DNA of 64,000 nt, taken from positions 445,584-509,583 of the forward strand of contig CAKVHE010000001.1 of assembly GCA_934747885.1 (NCBI GenBank), written 5' to 3'. This DNA comes from an uncultured Clostridia bacterium (GTDB lineage: Bacteria > Bacillota > Clostridia > Christensenellales > UBA1242). Below, piece after piece: positions 25,577 to 35,988 of this stretch (position 1 is its first letter; the number at the start of each line of letters is the position of its first letter). The translations under genes were made by a program, and so were the position numbers. The notes below the pieces were generated by a model. That model searched no databases. It was not told the DNA's origin and saw nothing but the letters and a program-made list of their open reading frames with translations.

Positions 25577-26026
25577 TTATTCATTTTCGGCAATTTCAAG
25601 CATTTTGCCAAATGCACGGCGCGACGCAAGTTCTTTTGCATGTTGGTCTTCCATGTATGGTGCCATACGCGACGCTGCAACCGAAAAATCTCGGTTTGCC
25701 GAGTCAAAGCTTACAAACATATAAGAGTCTTTTCGCCACAAAGGAAATTCCAGCGAAACTCCGTCGGTTTTGTCATTTAGTTCAACAATATTTGAACCGG
25801 CTATATTATAATGCAAAATTGCATCTTTTGCCAACGAGGTTGGCACATAATAAACCGAAAAACCTTTTTCTCCGGTTACTTTGCTATTTAATAAAACAAA
25901 AGCAACTTTGGAGTATAATTCTTTGGTGCTTTTATCACGGCAGACAATGACACGAGTGTCCGCAGGCATTTCTTCTGGGAGTAAACCACTGCTAATAAGT
26001 TTTTGAAATCTAGTTTGCGTTAACAT
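25577..26026 (-). CDS. Hypothetical protein (149 aa)
   Basis: GGAGGA RBS upstream of the ATG at 26026. No family recognised. Confidence 0.55.
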   Translation of the reverse strand: MLTQTRFQKLISSGLLPEEMPADTRVIVCRDKSTKELYSKVAFVLLNSKVTGEKGFSVYYVPTSLAKDAILHYNIAGSNIVELNDKTDGVSLEFPLWRKDSYMFVSFDSANRDFSVAASRMAPYMEDQHAKELASRRAFGKMLEIAENE

Positions 26027-26294
26027 TTTTCCTCCTTAAAGTTTTATAAAAGGGTTTGTATTATACCCTATTTATACAAATTGTCAAGAGGCAAAACTCA
26101 ATAAAATTATTAAAATTTTTAGTTTTTTTGCCTTTCGACATTTTTCTTCTTTTTTTACTATTTTTCGCCCCCTTTGTGGCGTAGCCTACGCGTTGGGCAT
26201 TGCATCATTTTATGCGCTTACATAATATATTATGCGGAAAAATTTTTTTGCATCAAAAAAGAGCAAGGTCGCTCCTTGCCCTTTTTGCGTTCTA

Positions 26295-28025
26295 CTAAAC
26301 TTTATCTTTTATATCCGCAAGCAAAAGTTTTGCAAAGTCTTCTAGTTTCATAGTCTTGGTTTCCATTGTTCCGCGTTTTCTTACGGCAACCATTCCACTA
26401 TTCTGTTCTTGTTCACCCACAACCAAAAGGTATGGAATTTTTTCCATAACGGCGCTACGAATTTTGTAACCAATTTTTTCGTTGCGTTCGTCCATTTCAA
26501 CTCTTATGCCCGCTTTTTCTAGCGCGTCTACAATTTGTTTTGCGTAGCCGGCAAACTTGTCACTAATTGGCAACACTTTTGCCTGCACCGGTGATAGCCA
26601 TGCTGGAAAAGCACCTGCGTAGTTTTCGGTAATAATGCCCAAAAAGCGGTCAATTGAACCATAAATAACACGGTGTATCATTATTGGTTCTTGCTTGGTT
26701 CCGTCTTCTTCTACATATTCCAAATTAAAGCGCTTTGGCAATTGCATATCTAGTTGAATGGTGCCACATTGCCAAGTTCTACCAATTGCATCTTTGATAT
26801 GAATGTCAATTTTTGGGCCATAAAATGCGCCATCGCCTTCGTTTATTACAAACTCTTTGCCAATATGTCGCAAAGCATTTTTTAGGCCGTTTTCGGCAAT
26901 TTGCCAATCTTTTATATCACCAATATGATTTTCTGGCATGGTAGATAGTTCTAGGTGATAGGTCAAACCAAAAGTCTTGTACATACTATCTACTAGCGAT
27001 AAAACATTTTTTATTTCGTCTTCAATTTGGCATTGACGCATAAAGATGTGTGCATCGTCTTGCGTAAAGCATCTAACTCTAAACAAACCATGCAAAGTAC
27101 CGCTTGCTTCGTGGCGGTGTACCTTGCCAAGTTCGCCCACTCTTAGTGGCAAGTCACGATAACTATGGATGTTTTCTTTGTAATAAAGCATACCACCTGG
27201 GCAGTTCATTGGCTTTATGGCAAAGTCTTCGTCTTCTACCTTAAAGGTGTACATATTCTTTTTGTAATGATCCCAGTGACCCGAAATTTCCCAAAGTGTG
27301 CGGTTCATTGCCATTGGAGTTTCTATTTCAAGATACCCCGCCTTGCGGTGCATTTCTCGCCAGTAGTTAATTAGTTCGTTTTTAACAATCAAACCTTTTG
27401 GTTCATAAAATGGCATACCTGGTGCGTAGTCTGAAAAGAAGAACAAACCAAGTTCTTTGCCTATTTTGCGGTGGTCGCGCTTTTGCGCTTCGGTGTACAT
27501 GGTAATGTACTCGTCTAGTTCCGCCTTGCTAGCAAAACCAAAAACATAAATGCGTTGCATCATTTTGTTTTTTTCATTGCCACGCCAATAAGCGCCTGCA
27601 AGTTTGTTTATTTTAAAGGCAAAATTCTTTAGTTCGCTAGTGTTTTCAACGTGAGGTCCTTTGCATAAATCGCAAAATACATCTCCCAAACGATAAACCG
27701 AAATTTCCGCGCTATCATCTAGTTCACGAATAAGCTCTTGCTTGTATGGTTGCCCTTCAAACATCTTTAATGCCTTTTCGCGCGATACAACTTCTTTGGT
27801 CATAGGAAGTTTTTTGTTTACGATTTCGTGCATTTTGTTTTCAATTTTTGCAAAGTCGTCCGGCGTTAAACTTTTTTGCATATCAAAGTCATAATAAAAA
27901 CCGGTATCAATAGCCGGCCCGATGCCAAACTTTACGTCTTCACCAAAAAGCGCTTTTATGGCGCCCGCCAAAACATGGCTCATGGTATGACGCATTTTTT
28001 GTAATTGTTCATTTTGTTTTTCCAT
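26295..28025 (-). CDS. thrS: Threonine--tRNA ligase (short form without the N-terminal TGS domain)
   Basis: Starts at the editing/SAD-like region (MRHTMSHVLAGAIK). Class II motifs HRHEASG and FTQDDAHIF, plus a C-terminal anticodon-binding domain. Confidence 0.92.
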   Translation of the reverse strand: MEKQNEQLQKMRHTMSHVLAGAIKALFGEDVKFGIGPAIDTGFYYDFDMQKSLTPDDFAKIENKMHEIVNKKLPMTKEVVSREKALKMFEGQPYKQELIRELDDSAEISVYRLGDVFCDLCKGPHVENTSELKNFAFKINKLAGAYWRGNEKNKMMQRIYVFGFASKAELDEYITMYTEAQKRDHRKIGKELGLFFFSDYAPGMPFYEPKGLIVKNELINYWREMHRKAGYLEIETPMAMNRTLWEISGHWDHYKKNMYTFKVEDEDFAIKPMNCPGGMLYYKENIHSYRDLPLRVGELGKVHRHEASGTLHGLFRVRCFTQDDAHIFMRQCQIEDEIKNVLSLVDSMYKTFGLTYHLELSTMPENHIGDIKDWQIAENGLKNALRHIGKEFVINEGDGAFYGPKIDIHIKDAIGRTWQCGTIQLDMQLPKRFNLEYVEEDGTKQEPIMIHRVIYGSIDRFLGIITENYAGAFPAWLSPVQAKVLPISDKFAGYAKQIVDALEKAGIRVEMDERNEKIGYKIRSAVMEKIPYLLVVGEQEQNSGMVAVRKRGTMETKTMKLEDFAKLLLADIKDKV

Positions 28026-28029
28026 TTTC

Positions 28030-28290
28030 TCTCCTTTTGAGGGCTAAAAAGCAAAAACGCCCTTAAAGCCCAATTGACTTTAAGGACGATAAATTTACCG
28101 TGGTTCCACCTTAATTGCAAGAAAAATCTTGCCACTTAATTTTGCGTGAGATGAGCCCACGCGCCCTGCCAAAAAAGTGGTTTTGCAATTGCCAGAGTAC
28201 TTGCAACAACTTTCAGCCCACGATTGTTGCTCTCTTTTAGCCTTTATGGCTTGCTACTTGTCTTTTTTATAGCAATTTATTTATACAATA
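28030..28290 (-). promoter_or_regulatory. T-box leader (Thr) of thrS with terminator/antiterminator
   Basis: Minus strand: promoter TTGACA-16-TAAAAT around 28295-28325, AGAGAG box, T-box sequence AAGGTGGAACCACGG, then terminator CGTCCTTAAAG...CTTTAAGGGCGTTTTT. The ACC in GCAAAACCAC is a candidate specifier codon. Confidence 0.8.
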
Positions 28291-28468
28291 ATATTTTACT
28301 ATATTTTTTTGGTTTGTCAATAGTTTTTAAGCCTAAAACGGGCGTTTTTTGCCTTACTCGGGCGCATTTTGTCGATTTTAACCCTTTTCTTTTGTCAAAA
28401 TTTTTGCAAAATGATTGAAATTTTTTTTGCCATTTATTATACTATATAAAAAAATTAGGAGCAGACAA

Positions 28469-29068
28469 ATGAAAAAGTTTTTTGCAGAATTTAAAGAATT
28501 TATTTCACGCGGTAACGTTTTTGATATGGCCGTTGGCTTAATTATTGCAACCGCGTTTAACAAAATTGTTTCAAGTATGGTAAATGATTTGCTTATGCCT
28601 CTTATTACTTGGGCAACGGGTGCTGCTAGCCTTGCCGACCTTTCTATTGTACTAAGAGTGGCAGAAGACGGCACCAAACTTACTTGGAACTACGGCAACT
28701 TTTTGCAAACCGTTATTGATTTCTTTATCATTGCAATGTCGGTATTCTTGATGGTAAAACTTGTAAACACTTCTCGCAAACGTCTAGAAGGTTTAAGCAA
28801 AGAATTTCAGGATATGTATTTTGGTTTAACACCGATTGAACGCCGAAACTTGCGCAAAAAAGCAAAACAAGAAAAGATACCATTCAAACAAGTTTTGGTA
28901 GAATATCACAGCGAAAAACTTGCCAAACTTTCGGCCGACAAAGCCAAAGCGGAACAAGAAGAAAGAGAACGCGCCGAAGCCGAGCGTTTGCTTAACCCAA
29001 CCGAAACCGATTTGCTAAAAGAAATTAGAGATTTGTTAAAAACTCAAAACGCTGAAAAGAAAAATTAA
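28469..29068 (+). CDS. mscL: Large-conductance mechanosensitive channel with a long charged C-terminal extension
   Basis: MKKFFAEFKEFISRGNVFDMAVGLIIATAFNKIVSSMVNDLLMP is the canonical MscL N-terminus/TM1. Start set to the ATG at 28469 (AGGAG RBS). At 199 aa it is longer than the usual roughly 130-150 aa. Confidence 0.88.
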   Translation: MKKFFAEFKEFISRGNVFDMAVGLIIATAFNKIVSSMVNDLLMPLITWATGAASLADLSIVLRVAEDGTKLTWNYGNFLQTVIDFFIIAMSVFLMVKLVNTSRKRLEGLSKEFQDMYFGLTPIERRNLRKKAKQEKIPFKQVLVEYHSEKLAKLSADKAKAEQEERERAEAERLLNPTETDLLKEIRDLLKTQNAEKKN

Positions 29069-29097
29069 ATAAAATAACCACCCTTGGGGTGGTTATT

Positions 29098-29652
29098 TTA
29101 TGCCGAAAACAAAGGCGCTGATGGTGGATAAAAGGCAAAGACGCCAAACAGTATGGCAAATGTGAGCAGCAAACACGCACACACTATTGTTTTTATTACG
29201 CAAGGCGCCAAACGCTTTTCAAGATGAAAAGCCCAGCACACGCCCAAAAATATACTAATTATTTCAATAATCAAATCTAGCGCCAAACTATTTCCTATTG
29301 CAAAGGCAAAATGGAAAAAGTAAAAGTTGCTTGCAACCAGCCACAAGCACAAAAGCGTACCCATTGTCGCACCCACAAAGTAAGCCTTGGCGTCCAAATC
29401 CAGCCAACGCTTTATTACAAAATATCCGGCAAAAAAAGTAATTAAAAACGGATAAAAAACAATTTTTAGGTGCTCCCACACGCTTTCACTAACAGGTGCA
29501 AATAGGGCAAAAAAAGTTTTTCCGCTAACCGAATGCAAATAATGCCATGGCGACGACATCGCAAAAATTATGGCGGTAAACGCGAGCACTATCCAAATGT
29601 AATTTTTTATTGGTTTGGTGTAATATTCTCTCATACCCGCTAGTTTTGCCAT
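29098..29652 (-). CDS. Polytopic membrane protein, family uncertain
   Basis: 184 aa with about 5 hydrophobic helices and a SVWEHLK motif. Confidence 0.55.
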   Translation of the reverse strand: MAKLAGMREYYTKPIKNYIWIVLAFTAIIFAMSSPWHYLHSVSGKTFFALFAPVSESVWEHLKIVFYPFLITFFAGYFVIKRWLDLDAKAYFVGATMGTLLCLWLVASNFYFFHFAFAIGNSLALDLIIEIISIFLGVCWAFHLEKRLAPCVIKTIVCACLLLTFAILFGVFAFYPPSAPLFSA

Positions 29653-29772
29653 CTGACCACAAAATTATTACCAAAACAAAAAATTTGACTTAAAAAATTA
29701 AACTACTATTGACTTTTGCTTGCTTATGCTTTATTATTAAAGATAACATAATTAAGTAAAGGAGAAAACAGT

Positions 29773-29991
29773 ATGGGATATGTAGTACCGGTAATGGGAC
29801 ACTCAAAAGCGTACAAAACTGCAAACGCAACCAGTCGCGACTATGACTACAAAAAGGCAACTGCTTTGGACGCACGCGAACGCGCAATTAGAGATCGTCG
29901 TTTGGCTAAAACCGCCAAAGAAAACGCTCAAGCCGAAGCGTTAATTAAAGCGCAAGAAGAAGCGCTTACCGAAGAAGCAGAAAACTGCTAA
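29773..29991 (+). CDS. Small charged hypothetical protein (72 aa)
   Basis: AAAGGAGAA RBS. Two hairpin terminators follow downstream (29990-30072). Confidence 0.5.
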   Translation: MGYVVPVMGHSKAYKTANATSRDYDYKKATALDARERAIRDRRLAKTAKENAQAEALIKAQEEALTEEAENC

Positions 29992-30171
29992 AAAGCCTCT
30001 CGCCACGCCCCTAGCGTGGTAGCTTTTTGCCCATAAACAAACCCCCAAACCGTTTTGGTTTGGGGGTTTTTGTTTGTTCTCTTTGCCTTGCCAGTCTTGC
30101 CTATTATGCACTTGTTATGAATGTGTTTACCAAAATAGCACTTACAACCTAAAAGTTGTAAGTGCCATGTT

Positions 30172-30840
30172 TTAATTTTCAGAAATAAAATCACCTTTGG
30201 CAGTACTCATAATTGAGACCATAGTTTTGCGAGAATCCAATTTTTTAAATTCTTCCTGCAGTTGTTGCCTTTGGCTAACCAGCAAATTCATATAGTTCTC
30301 ATTGTTTCTGCCCGCCGAACGTTTGAGGACGTTATCCATAGAGCGAACGTTTGCAAGATATGCGCTATTATACGCTCTCCACGACGCTGCAAGCAGTACG
30401 TTTGCGCGCTCGGTAACATTTGCGCCATTCCCCGACACCAGAGTTACTGCATCCAAAACTTTTTCTAGCGCCTCTTTGGCAAGAAGCCTTGTGGTTTCAA
30501 TATCAGTTCTGCCTTTTGGCGCCGACACCGAACCGTTTGGCACATAACTTGCAAGTTGCAAAATTTGAGATTTTAAACGTCGGCTTTCGTTTTCCATGCG
30601 CGCTAATGTAATATTTTGAAACTCAACCGCACTGGTGCTTTCCATCTTTTGGGCAGCCTTTTTATAAATTCTTATTGCCGCCTTTTCTTCATTGGCAAAA
30701 GCAACTTCACATGCCGTTACTGCTTGCGCCACCCTAACCAGCAGATTGCCGTCTGCCTTGCCGGTGCGCTTAACTGCACCAAAATAATCTAGCGATGCCC
30801 ACAATGTATCCTTTGAATTGTTGTATGCTGAAATAATCAT
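30172..30840 (-). CDS. Hypothetical all-alpha protein (222 aa)
   Basis: GGTGGAAGG RBS. No family recognised. Confidence 0.55.
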   Translation of the reverse strand: MIISAYNNSKDTLWASLDYFGAVKRTGKADGNLLVRVAQAVTACEVAFANEEKAAIRIYKKAAQKMESTSAVEFQNITLARMENESRRLKSQILQLASYVPNGSVSAPKGRTDIETTRLLAKEALEKVLDAVTLVSGNGANVTERANVLLAASWRAYNSAYLANVRSMDNVLKRSAGRNNENYMNLLVSQRQQLQEEFKKLDSRKTMVSIMSTAKGDFISEN

Positions 30841-30970
30841 ATACCTTCCACCATTCTTGATTTTTGTTTATTATATACCAAAAAATGTCAGTTTTCAATA
30901 GGTTTTGCCTTGCAAGTAGCCACAAAAACGAGTATAATCTTAGCGTATAAAAATTAAGCAAGGGAAAAAT

Positions 30971-31474
30971 ATGTTTAACGAACTAACCGAAGTTGATATA
31001 AAAAAGATGCAGGACGAAATTGACCACCGTCAAACGGTGGTGCGCGCCGAACTTTTACAAAATCTAAAAGACGCGCGCGAATTTGGTGACCTTAGCGAAA
31101 ACGCCGAGTACCACATTGCCAAACGCGAAAAAAACCGTAACGAAAGCCGAATTAGATACCTTAAAAATATGATTAACACTGCCAAAATCATCAAACTTGA
31201 CCCAAACAAAGACGAAATTGGCATCTTTGATAAAATAGGCGTATACTTTGAGGACGACGACGAAACCACCGAGTACACCATTGCCACCACCGTGCGCCGT
31301 AACCCCAGCGAAAACATAATAAGCCTAGAATCACCACTTGGCAAAGCCATTATGGGCAAAAAGGTAGGTGACCGCATAAAAGTTAATGTCAGCGACGATA
31401 ACTTTTATTATGTGCAAATAAAGTACATAAAAAAAGGTGAAGACGACGCCACCCTACCTCTGCGCGAATACTAA
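30971..31474 (+). CDS. greA: Transcription elongation factor GreA
   Basis: Coiled-coil N-terminus with GDLSENAEYHIAKRE, then a C-terminal FKBP-like domain (SPLGKAIMGKKVGD). Confidence 0.9.
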   Translation: MFNELTEVDIKKMQDEIDHRQTVVRAELLQNLKDAREFGDLSENAEYHIAKREKNRNESRIRYLKNMINTAKIIKLDPNKDEIGIFDKIGVYFEDDDETTEYTIATTVRRNPSENIISLESPLGKAIMGKKVGDRIKVNVSDDNFYYVQIKYIKKGEDDATLPLREY

Positions 31475-31590
31475 AACTTAGAACATTTGCGCATTTGCAA
31501 TTTAAAAGTTTGCCTCGCGCCCGCGCACGCACCAGCGCAAAAAAAAATCCTTGACAAAATTAAGGGGCGGTAGTACAATACTAGTTGTTT

Positions 31591-31667
<77 letters not shown>

Positions 31668-31892
31668 TTTTGGCACACGCAAAAGGAGCGTATAAAACTC
31701 CGCCGCGTGTGTCTTTTTCTATGCAAAATAGGGGTGAATTGCCGTATTTACAGCAGTTTTTCTTTTTCGGCAAGTATTCAAGAAGTTATTAAGTCGGGAG
31801 TGTAATCGAAGTGGGCAAGTTGAAAAAATCACAAAAATATGGTATAATACATTTAAATTAAGACAGCAAATCGGTATTTGAGGAAAAGAAGA

Positions 31893-32140
31893 ATGGAAGA
31901 TAAAAAAATATTACTCGATAATATTAACAAAATTCATACAACTGAACCGGGAGTTGATAGACTTAAAAAAATCTAAAAATAGATATAGTAGATGTTGTTG
32001 AGTATTGCAAAAATAAGGTGTTGGATGAAAATTGCCATATATACAAACAAGGTAAAAATTGGTATTGCGAAATTGAAAATGTCAAAATCACTATCAATTC
32101 ATATAGTTATACAATTATTACAGCACATATTATTAAGTAA
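31893..32140 (+). pseudogene. DUF3781-like gene disrupted by a 1-nt frameshift in an A7 run
   Basis: MEDKKILLDNINKIHTTEPGVDRLKKI* stops at 31974-31976. Adding one A to the run at 31965-31971 restores ...LKKNLKIDIVDVVEYCKNKV...GKNWYCEIENVKITINSYSYTIITAHIIK*, ending at 32140. Confidence 0.6.
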
Positions 32141-32161
32141 ATTATAAGTTGAGGTGAAATT

Positions 32162-32500
32162 ATGGCGTCAAGCAAAGAATATTTAGAGTTTATTTTAGGG
32201 CAGCTATCTGAGTTAGAAGAAATTACTTATCGAGTTATGATGGGAGAATTTATTATTTATTATCGAGGAAAGATTGTAGGTGGTATCTATGATGATAGAT
32301 TACTTGTTAAACCGGTAAAATCAGCAATTAGTTATATGCCGACAGCTTCATACGAATTACCCTATGAGGGAGCAAAAGAGATGTTGTTGGTAGATGATGT
32401 TGATAATAAGGGATTTTTGGCAGGTTTATTTGATGTTATGTATGACGAACTGCCGGCTCCAAAACCGAAAAAGAAAAAACAAACAACCCCCGGTTTTTAA
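32162..32500 (+). CDS. TfoX N-terminal domain protein
   Basis: 112 aa. MMGEFIIYYRGKIVGGIYDDRLLVKP matches the TfoX_N pattern (MFGG..Y..G..F....D..L.LK). GAGGTG RBS. Confidence 0.7.
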   Translation: MASSKEYLEFILGQLSELEEITYRVMMGEFIIYYRGKIVGGIYDDRLLVKPVKSAISYMPTASYELPYEGAKEMLLVDDVDNKGFLAGLFDVMYDELPAPKPKKKKQTTPGF

Positions 32501-33149
32501 AACTAAGAAAACCGAAAGTTATCGAAGCAAAAATAGGAGAGAAAACACTTTCAATGCTGCAATATCTATATATCTTGGGTTATTGTAAGAATTTGTTTCT
32601 TGGGGTGCATATTTGTCCTATGTATGAAAATCAATCATAACAACTCCTAATATTTAACTTTTTATTTATTACAACAAAAAACTCGTCAAAAATCAACAAT
32701 TAGGGGTTCAAATCCCCGTGGACTCCTGCCCCCTTTTCGGCTTAAAAAGACGCTCCTTTTTGTTCGTCATTGACACAACACAAATTTCCAAACATTTTTT
32801 ATTTTGCTTATGTTTGCAAAAATATATCTGTTTGAGGGTTATAAAAGGCTAGGAACTGTTCCTAGCCTTTTTTATGCAAAAATTTTTAACAGCTTTTGCA
32901 CCATTACGCGGTTGCGCTTTTTGCACCATTATATTTTTACAAAATTACAGTTCGTCGTAAAATTCTTCAAGAAATTGCGTCATAAACTGATGTCGTTTTT
33001 CTGCCAGCGATTTTGCCTTTTCGTTCAAAAATTTTTCAAAATCTATATTGTTTTTCTCCTTTTGCAAAACATTTTTTATTTTTATCTTTTATTAACTTTT
33101 TAGTGTTATTACTTTTTTGCCTAAATTTTGCAACCAAATTTCACTCTTT

Positions 33150-33926
33150 TTAGGTGCCAGTACTAGTATATTTTGTAAGCGCAAAATTAAAGAACAAAAT
33201 TGCCGGAATTATAATTAGCGAGCCCCATACCGGCGCTAGCATATTGGCAAAAACATTTGCATTCGGCGCATCAATCAAAAATAAAATTGGCAAATAATTA
33301 ACGCACGCCAGTGGCAAAATTACGGTAAAAAAGGTTCTAAACCATTTTGGATAAATGGTAAGCGGATACTGCGAAACTTCTCTACTACCGCTGGTAATTA
33401 TTTGCATTATTTCTATATCGTCGTGAGTAAAAATGGTGATGCCGGCGTTTATAATAAGCACGCTTAAACCAATAACAAAACTACCTGCAACACACAAAAC
33501 AACGCACAACACCTTGGCAAATGTCCACGCTATGTTTGACGCAATTAAGCCATACACCAGCGCAATGGTTCCTATTAAAATTTTACCCATTTTTGATAGT
33601 TCAAAATCGGCACAAAAGGTTTGGGCAAAAATGGTTCGTGGGCGCAGAAACAATCGGTCAAGTTCGCCGGTGCGCACTTGTTTTGAAAACATATCAAAGC
33701 CTCTACCAAAGCACTCACTTGCCGGAAAGCCAATCATGATTATGCCAAACATAATGCATACATTTGCAAGCGGATATCCACCAATTACTTTAAACTGTGT
33801 CATCATCATTAGCACCGACAAAAATTCCGCCAGCGTTACCATAAGTTGCGACGCCATAACCAAAAAGGTTGACACCCTATACTGAAACGCAGATTTTAGG
33901 TGCATCGAAAGTGATTTTTTGTACAT
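33150..33926 (-). CDS. ABC-2 family transporter permease
   Basis: Start set to the ATG at 33926 (AAGGAGG RBS). Six hydrophobic helices. Third gene of the ABC operon. Confidence 0.75.
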   Translation of the reverse strand: MYKKSLSMHLKSAFQYRVSTFLVMASQLMVTLAEFLSVLMMMTQFKVIGGYPLANVCIMFGIIMIGFPASECFGRGFDMFSKQVRTGELDRLFLRPRTIFAQTFCADFELSKMGKILIGTIALVYGLIASNIAWTFAKVLCVVLCVAGSFVIGLSVLIINAGITIFTHDDIEIMQIITSGSREVSQYPLTIYPKWFRTFFTVILPLACVNYLPILFLIDAPNANVFANMLAPVWGSLIIIPAILFFNFALTKYTSTGT

Positions 33927-33927
33927 A

Positions 33928-34752
33928 TTAGCCTCCTTGAACCTCAACATTCTTTAAGCAACTTTTTAGCAAAAGTCTGCCCGTAAACAAAATTACTGCC
34001 AGCCAAAATATTTGAATAAGTATAAATATTATGGCGTTTGGCGCATCAATTGCGCCAACATAAATGCGATAAGGCAAATCACTTATGTATCTAAACGGCA
34101 AATAGTCTAGCACCGCCCTAATGCCCGCGGGCATAAGTGGAAGCGGAATATAATATCCGCCCAAAAGTCCGGTAACAACCGAAACCATTCCGGCAATTCC
34201 GCGCGGGGACATGGTCTTAAAGGTTAAAATGTTTATAAACATATTTATGCCCACCGCAAGCATAAGCCCAATAATTAGCGACAGACAAAACAGCAAAAAG
34301 GCGCTTAAACTAGTTGGAAGCATTAACCCCAGACCAACCGGCAGCAAAAAGCCAAGAAGCAAAATTGGTGCGCCACGCAGCGCAGTGCCCACCAACTTTT
34401 CGGCCAAGTTTTTGGCATACCAACAGTTGTACAAGTCCAGTGGACGAATAAACTCATACGCCACATCGCCTTTAATTATGCTATCTGTTATGCGGGAATC
34501 TCTGCCAATGTATCTAAACACAAAAAACGCTTGTCCCAGCCAGATATACGAAGTAAGTTCGGTCAACGAAAAGCCAGATGGTGAGTTTCCGGTGGCGTAA
34601 AAGGCGGTGTACATAAGCACATACATAAGTCCCCAAAACACCTGCGTGCTCATTCCCAAAAGCACTTTTCCGCGGTAGGTCATTTCGTTTATGGCGTACA
34701 TTTTAAAAATGGCAAGATAAGGATTTTTGGCACAAGAGGTGTTTGATGTCAT
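33928..34752 (-). CDS. ABC-2 family transporter permease
   Basis: Polytopic membrane protein. Its ATG overlaps the ATPase stop (ATGA). Confidence 0.75.
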   Translation of the reverse strand: MTSNTSCAKNPYLAIFKMYAINEMTYRGKVLLGMSTQVFWGLMYVLMYTAFYATGNSPSGFSLTELTSYIWLGQAFFVFRYIGRDSRITDSIIKGDVAYEFIRPLDLYNCWYAKNLAEKLVGTALRGAPILLLGFLLPVGLGLMLPTSLSAFLLFCLSLIIGLMLAVGINMFINILTFKTMSPRGIAGMVSVVTGLLGGYYIPLPLMPAGIRAVLDYLPFRYISDLPYRIYVGAIDAPNAIIFILIQIFWLAVILFTGRLLLKSCLKNVEVQGG

Positions 34753-35738
34753 AGGTCAAACTCCTTATACAGTTTTGCCAAAATTTGCTCAACATTTAGC
34801 GAAGTTATTGACAAATCTTTTACCAAAAACTTTTGTGACGCGGTTTTTATAAAATCGTTTATATGAAAATTTGGATCGGCAGTTTTGTAAGTAGCGATGT
34901 TTTTATCGTGGTTTATTAGTTCGTAGCCGTCAAGTTTGGCGTCTTTGTACTCTTTTTCAAATTCCACATTTATTGTTTTTTCGGCGCCATATTTTCGCTT
35001 TATTTCGCTAAAACTGCCATTAAACAAAATTTTGCCTTTGCCAATTAAAATAATTTTGTTGGTAAGTGCCTCAATGTCGCTCATGTCGTGAGTGGTTAAT
35101 ATTACCGTAACGCCAAAGTCGCGATTTATCTCTTTTACAAACTGTCTTACCGCCAATTTGGTAACGGCATCCAAACCAATTGTCGGCTCATCCAAAAACA
35201 ATATTTTGGGGCTGTGCAAAAGTGACCCCGCTATCTCGCACTTCATTTTTTGTCCAAGCGATAATTGCCTCAGCGGGACGTTTAATACCTCCTTTAAGTT
35301 TAATTTGTTAGTTAAAAGTTCTAGATTTTTGTTATACGTTTGATCATCAATTTTATAGATGGTTTTTAAAAGTTCAAAGCTATCAATTACCGGCACGTCC
35401 CACCAAAGTTGCGAGCGTTGTCCAAACACAACCCCGATATTTTTTACGTACTCTTTGCGATTTTTCCACGGCACAAAGCCGGCAATTTCGGCGTGTCCGC
35501 TTGTGGGCGTTAAAATACCACTCATAATTTTTATTGTGGTGCTCTTCCCTGCACCGTTTGGCCCGATGTACCCAACAATGTCACCTTCGGCAATTTCAAA
35601 AGACACATCACTCAATGCGTGCTTTATGGTTATTTCACGCTTAAACAAACTTTTAAACGCGCCCGCCAAACCTTTTTGGCGTTTGACAACCTTAAAGTCC
35701 TTTGAAATGCCATCAAACTTGATTAACGTTGATGTCAT
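34749..35738 (-). CDS. ABC transporter ATP-binding protein
   Basis: Walker A GPNGAGKST, signature LSLGQKMK, Walker B LFLDEPTIGLD. AGGAGGAG RBS. Confidence 0.9.
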   Translation of the reverse strand: MTSTLIKFDGISKDFKVVKRQKGLAGAFKSLFKREITIKHALSDVSFEIAEGDIVGYIGPNGAGKSTTIKIMSGILTPTSGHAEIAGFVPWKNRKEYVKNIGVVFGQRSQLWWDVPVIDSFELLKTIYKIDDQTYNKNLELLTNKLNLKEVLNVPLRQLSLGQKMKCEIAGSLLHSPKILFLDEPTIGLDAVTKLAVRQFVKEINRDFGVTVILTTHDMSDIEALTNKIILIGKGKILFNGSFSEIKRKYGAEKTINVEFEKEYKDAKLDGYELINHDKNIATYKTADPNFHINDFIKTASQKFLVKDLSITSLNVEQILAKLYKEFDL

Positions 35739-35988
35739 TTTTCTCCTCCTATAAAATTTTTTTATCAGTAACGCGCAAAAATCGGCAGAAAAAAAATTCT
35801 TCTGCTTGCTAAAATTTTTTAACCAACGAAAAACGCCCGAAGATAACTTCGGGTGAGGGGTTAAAACTATTTAATTGTTATCAAAATGTTACACATACTG
35901 ACAATTTTATACTATCACAAAAAATTTGTTTTGTAAAGTGTTTTTGCAAAAAAATTGGCAAGACTTTTTGCCTTGCCAAAAATTTAAA

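Noticed and set aside
32945-33075. Minus-strand small ORF ...IDFEKFLNEKAKSLAEKRHQFMTQFLEEFYDEL* with AAGGAGA upstream
   Set aside because: The codon at the expected start position is ATA, not ATG, GTG or TTG. The product would be about 33 aa with no known family. Not reported as a CDS.
35739-35988. Hairpins in the ABC-transporter leader (CCCGAAGTTATCTTCGGG plus T-run on the minus strand) as a riboswitch
   Set aside because: No conserved riboswitch core was recognised. It could be a simple attenuator or a tandem terminator of the upstream PGI-like gene.
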